A stretch of 64,000 nt of DNA from Opitutales bacterium (GTDB lineage Bacteria > Verrucomicrobiota > Verrucomicrobiia > Opitutales > UBA953), in contig JBBAUX010000005.1 of NCBI GenBank assembly GCA_040398005.1, positions 1 through 64,000 of the forward strand, written 5' to 3'. Every line of letters starts with the position of its first letter. The first letter of the stretch is position 1. The position numbers and the translations under genes are program-made. The notes beneath the pieces are model-generated. The model was given only the letters and a program-made list of their open reading frames with translations. It had not been told where the DNA came from and did no database searches. Below are positions 61,870 to 64,000 of this stretch, in pieces.

Positions 61870-63489
61870 TTAGTCGACACTTTTTTGTCTTCGTCGTCCA
61901 ATATAGGCGAAGGCAAAAAATAGTCCGCCTATCGCTACCGCCCAATTGCCATGCTGAACCCAAAAGGTTTCAGGCCGATGTTTTTGAGTGAATAGCGGGC
62001 CGACCACGGCTTGTCCTGCAAAATAGATACTCTCGTTTTGAGTCATCGCCTTGGCTTGTCCAAAGCGGTTGATGGTTCCACTCCAGCCTGCATTGCCGCA
62101 TCGAATCACGGGTAGTCCAGTTGAGGCTGCTAAAAGTATAGAATGGGCGTTGTGTTGATAGGCACCCGCTTCGCGACCGTACCAAGCATCGTTCGTTATC
62201 ACCACGAGGAGGTTCGCCCCGGCGAGTGCATGCTCGCGCGCGAGTTCAGGGAAAACATCTTCGTAGCAGATGAGTGCTCCCGCGATGGCGGTTTGTCCTT
62301 TGCGATTGGTGATTGGAAATAAATTCGGACCACGCCCCGCCACACAGTCTTCGCTGATCGGGACAACTTTTCTGAGTGGTAGAATAGTCGCAAACGGTAC
62401 GTATTCACCGAAGGGCACCAAGTGGCGTTTAGAATAAATCGGTCGCTGTAATCCTTCCGTCGTAATCACGGCGACGCTGTTGGTGTAACCGGTTTTTTCT
62501 TTATCGATTGTCCCAATGATGAGAGGCGTTTCGGTTTTAATAGCTAATCGCGTGAGTAAATTGATGTACGGCTGACTGGCTAAGGAGATGGGCAGGGCGG
62601 CTTCGGGCCATAAAATAAAATCAGGACGTTCACCTTTGGCGTTGGGCTGACTGGCCGTCAAGGTGAGCGATTCAATTTTTTCGATGTGATCTTGTAGTCG
62701 GACTGAATCCCATTTCGCATTGGGATCAAAATCGGTTTGTACCACTCCAACGGTGAAAGGAATTAAATCAGCGCGTGAGACTAAACTTTCACCGCAGGCG
62801 ATGAACCCAAACACCACAGGTGATAAACAAAGATAAAGTTCTGGCGTGAGACGACTGAACCAGCCTAAAGGATTAACGGCTCTCAGGTTAGATTGCGTGG
62901 TAACTTTAAGTCGAAATATCCAACTGGCGAATCCGAGATTGATGAGAACAAGAAGGGCGGAAAGACCGTAAGGTCCGACCCATGCACACAGATTGAGTAA
63001 CACGGCATTGCCTTCTTGGCTGGCTGAAAGTGGAAGCCAACCGAAGCCCGTTAAAAATATTGAGCGAACCCATTCGAGCAATCCCCAGGCACCTGCTAAA
63101 CCAATCAGATAGAGCAGACGAATGGGAAGTGAGGCATTTTCAGTCGCAGGAAAAATCCAACGTAAGGCAATCAACCATAAAAATAAATACAGGGCGCAGT
63201 AGGCGGTCAGTAGCACTAAGCCGATATAACCCAGAGGCGGGTAGACGTGTCGTAGCCAGATGAGAAGTCCTATCCAAAGAATCCAACTGACGCCCCAGGC
63301 TGCTTGTCGCCAAATCTTCCAAGGTATTTTCTGTGTTGTTGCAAGAATCGCCGGGATCAGGGCGAAGAGGGCGACGAAGGGATGTCCGACGGGGCTAAAA
63401 GAAAAAAATAATAACAAGCCGGTTAGGCCTGTTCCCAACCAAGCGATCAGGACTGGCGATTTGAAGAGTGCGGGCCGCTCAAGTGTCAT
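61870..63489 (-). CDS. lnt: Apolipoprotein N-acyltransferase
   Basis: LTGFGW, WPEAA, YSKRHLVPFGEY, ICYED, TNDAW, QH. Confidence 0.96.
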   Translation of the reverse strand: MTLERPALFKSPVLIAWLGTGLTGLLLFFSFSPVGHPFVALFALIPAILATTQKIPWKIWRQAAWGVSWILWIGLLIWLRHVYPPLGYIGLVLLTAYCALYLFLWLIALRWIFPATENASLPIRLLYLIGLAGAWGLLEWVRSIFLTGFGWLPLSASQEGNAVLLNLCAWVGPYGLSALLVLINLGFASWIFRLKVTTQSNLRAVNPLGWFSRLTPELYLCLSPVVFGFIACGESLVSRADLIPFTVGVVQTDFDPNAKWDSVRLQDHIEKIESLTLTASQPNAKGERPDFILWPEAALPISLASQPYINLLTRLAIKTETPLIIGTIDKEKTGYTNSVAVITTEGLQRPIYSKRHLVPFGEYVPFATILPLRKVVPISEDCVAGRGPNLFPITNRKGQTAIAGALICYEDVFPELAREHALAGANLLVVITNDAWYGREAGAYQHNAHSILLAASTGLPVIRCGNAGWSGTINRFGQAKAMTQNESIYFAGQAVVGPLFTQKHRPETFWVQHGNWAVAIGGLFFAFAYIGRRRQKSVD

Positions 63490-64000
63490 TCGGAAACAGG
63501 TTCAACAACTTCCCAGCCCTCTTCGCGAACGAGCACCTCGGCTTTTTTCCATTTCATTTCTTGAACGTCGTCACCTTTGCGAATTTTCACCACGTCATTG
63601 CGCCCGATTTTGGGAGTCGCGCGACGGAACGGTTCCGACTTGGTTTGATTGTCGGAAGTTTGACTTGCGGAATCTTCCTGGGTGCCTGGCTCGGCTGGTC
63701 CGGTGGTGATGGCACGGCCTTGGGCTGAGCGCAGTAAAGATTCGAGAGCTTCCATCGATGAAGCGGTGCGGAAAAGTCCAGAGCAAACTTCGGAGCGCAG
63801 CTGGCGCATTAAATCGGCGAAAGTACGATAGGCTTCTGTTTTATACTCATTTAAGGGGTCTTTTTGGGCATAGCCACGGAGGCCGACGGCCCGACGGAGT
63901 TCGTCCATGTCGGTCAAATGATTCTGCCAATTTTTATCAATCGCCCGAATTAAAAGATGACGTTCTAAATAATGCAGCGCTTCTTTTGATTCATATTTTT
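63486..64000 (-). CDS. secA: Preprotein translocase SecA, C-terminal part (runs off the window end)
   Basis: Frame extends to the edge: LERHLLIRAIDKNWQNHLTDMDELR..VGLRGYAQKDPLNEYK.EAY..F ... KIGRND. Confidence 0.96.
   Translation of the reverse strand, partial: KYESKEALHYLERHLLIRAIDKNWQNHLTDMDELRRAVGLRGYAQKDPLNEYKTEAYRTFADLMRQLRSEVCSGLFRTASSMEALESLLRSAQGRAITTGPAEPGTQEDSASQTSDNQTKSEPFRRATPKIGRNDVVKIRKGDDVQEMKWKKAEVLVREEGWEVVEPVSE

Overview
A gene-dense bacterial chromosome segment of almost entirely core genes, with very short spacers and many overlapping start/stop codons. Gene content and protein style suggest a streamlined Verrucomicrobiota (Opitutales-like) genome; this is inference, not a database result. 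It runs from a partial ligA to a partial secA. It includes zwf-opcA, a TPR/GT41 glycosyltransferase, four MEP-pathway genes (ispH, ispG, dxr, ispE), xerC, xerD, a ribose-type ABC transporter, rpoN, tkt, nuoJ-N, thyA/folA, lysS, lolCE/D, pyrD and lnt. Two small ribosomal-protein genes missed by the ORF track were read from the DNA: a 28-aa bS22/mS38-like protein and L33. I saw no tRNA, rRNA, CRISPR array, transposase or prophage. The main observations are: (1) a fixed promoter geometry, TTG-N3-N16-T[AT]NNNT-N7-ATG, before many genes, implying widespread leaderless mRNAs; (2) an 869-aa alpha/beta-fold + DedA + ATP-grasp fusion in which both enzyme domains lack key catalytic residues; (3) a DUF502-recO operon coupled to a PD-(D/E)XK nuclease-XPD-like helicase that lacks Fe-S cysteines; (4) repeated loss of metal-binding cysteines (Mrp, family-4 UDG, helicase, SecA tail, L33); (5) a REP-like hairpin plus an 8-bp tandem repeat downstream of gpmI.
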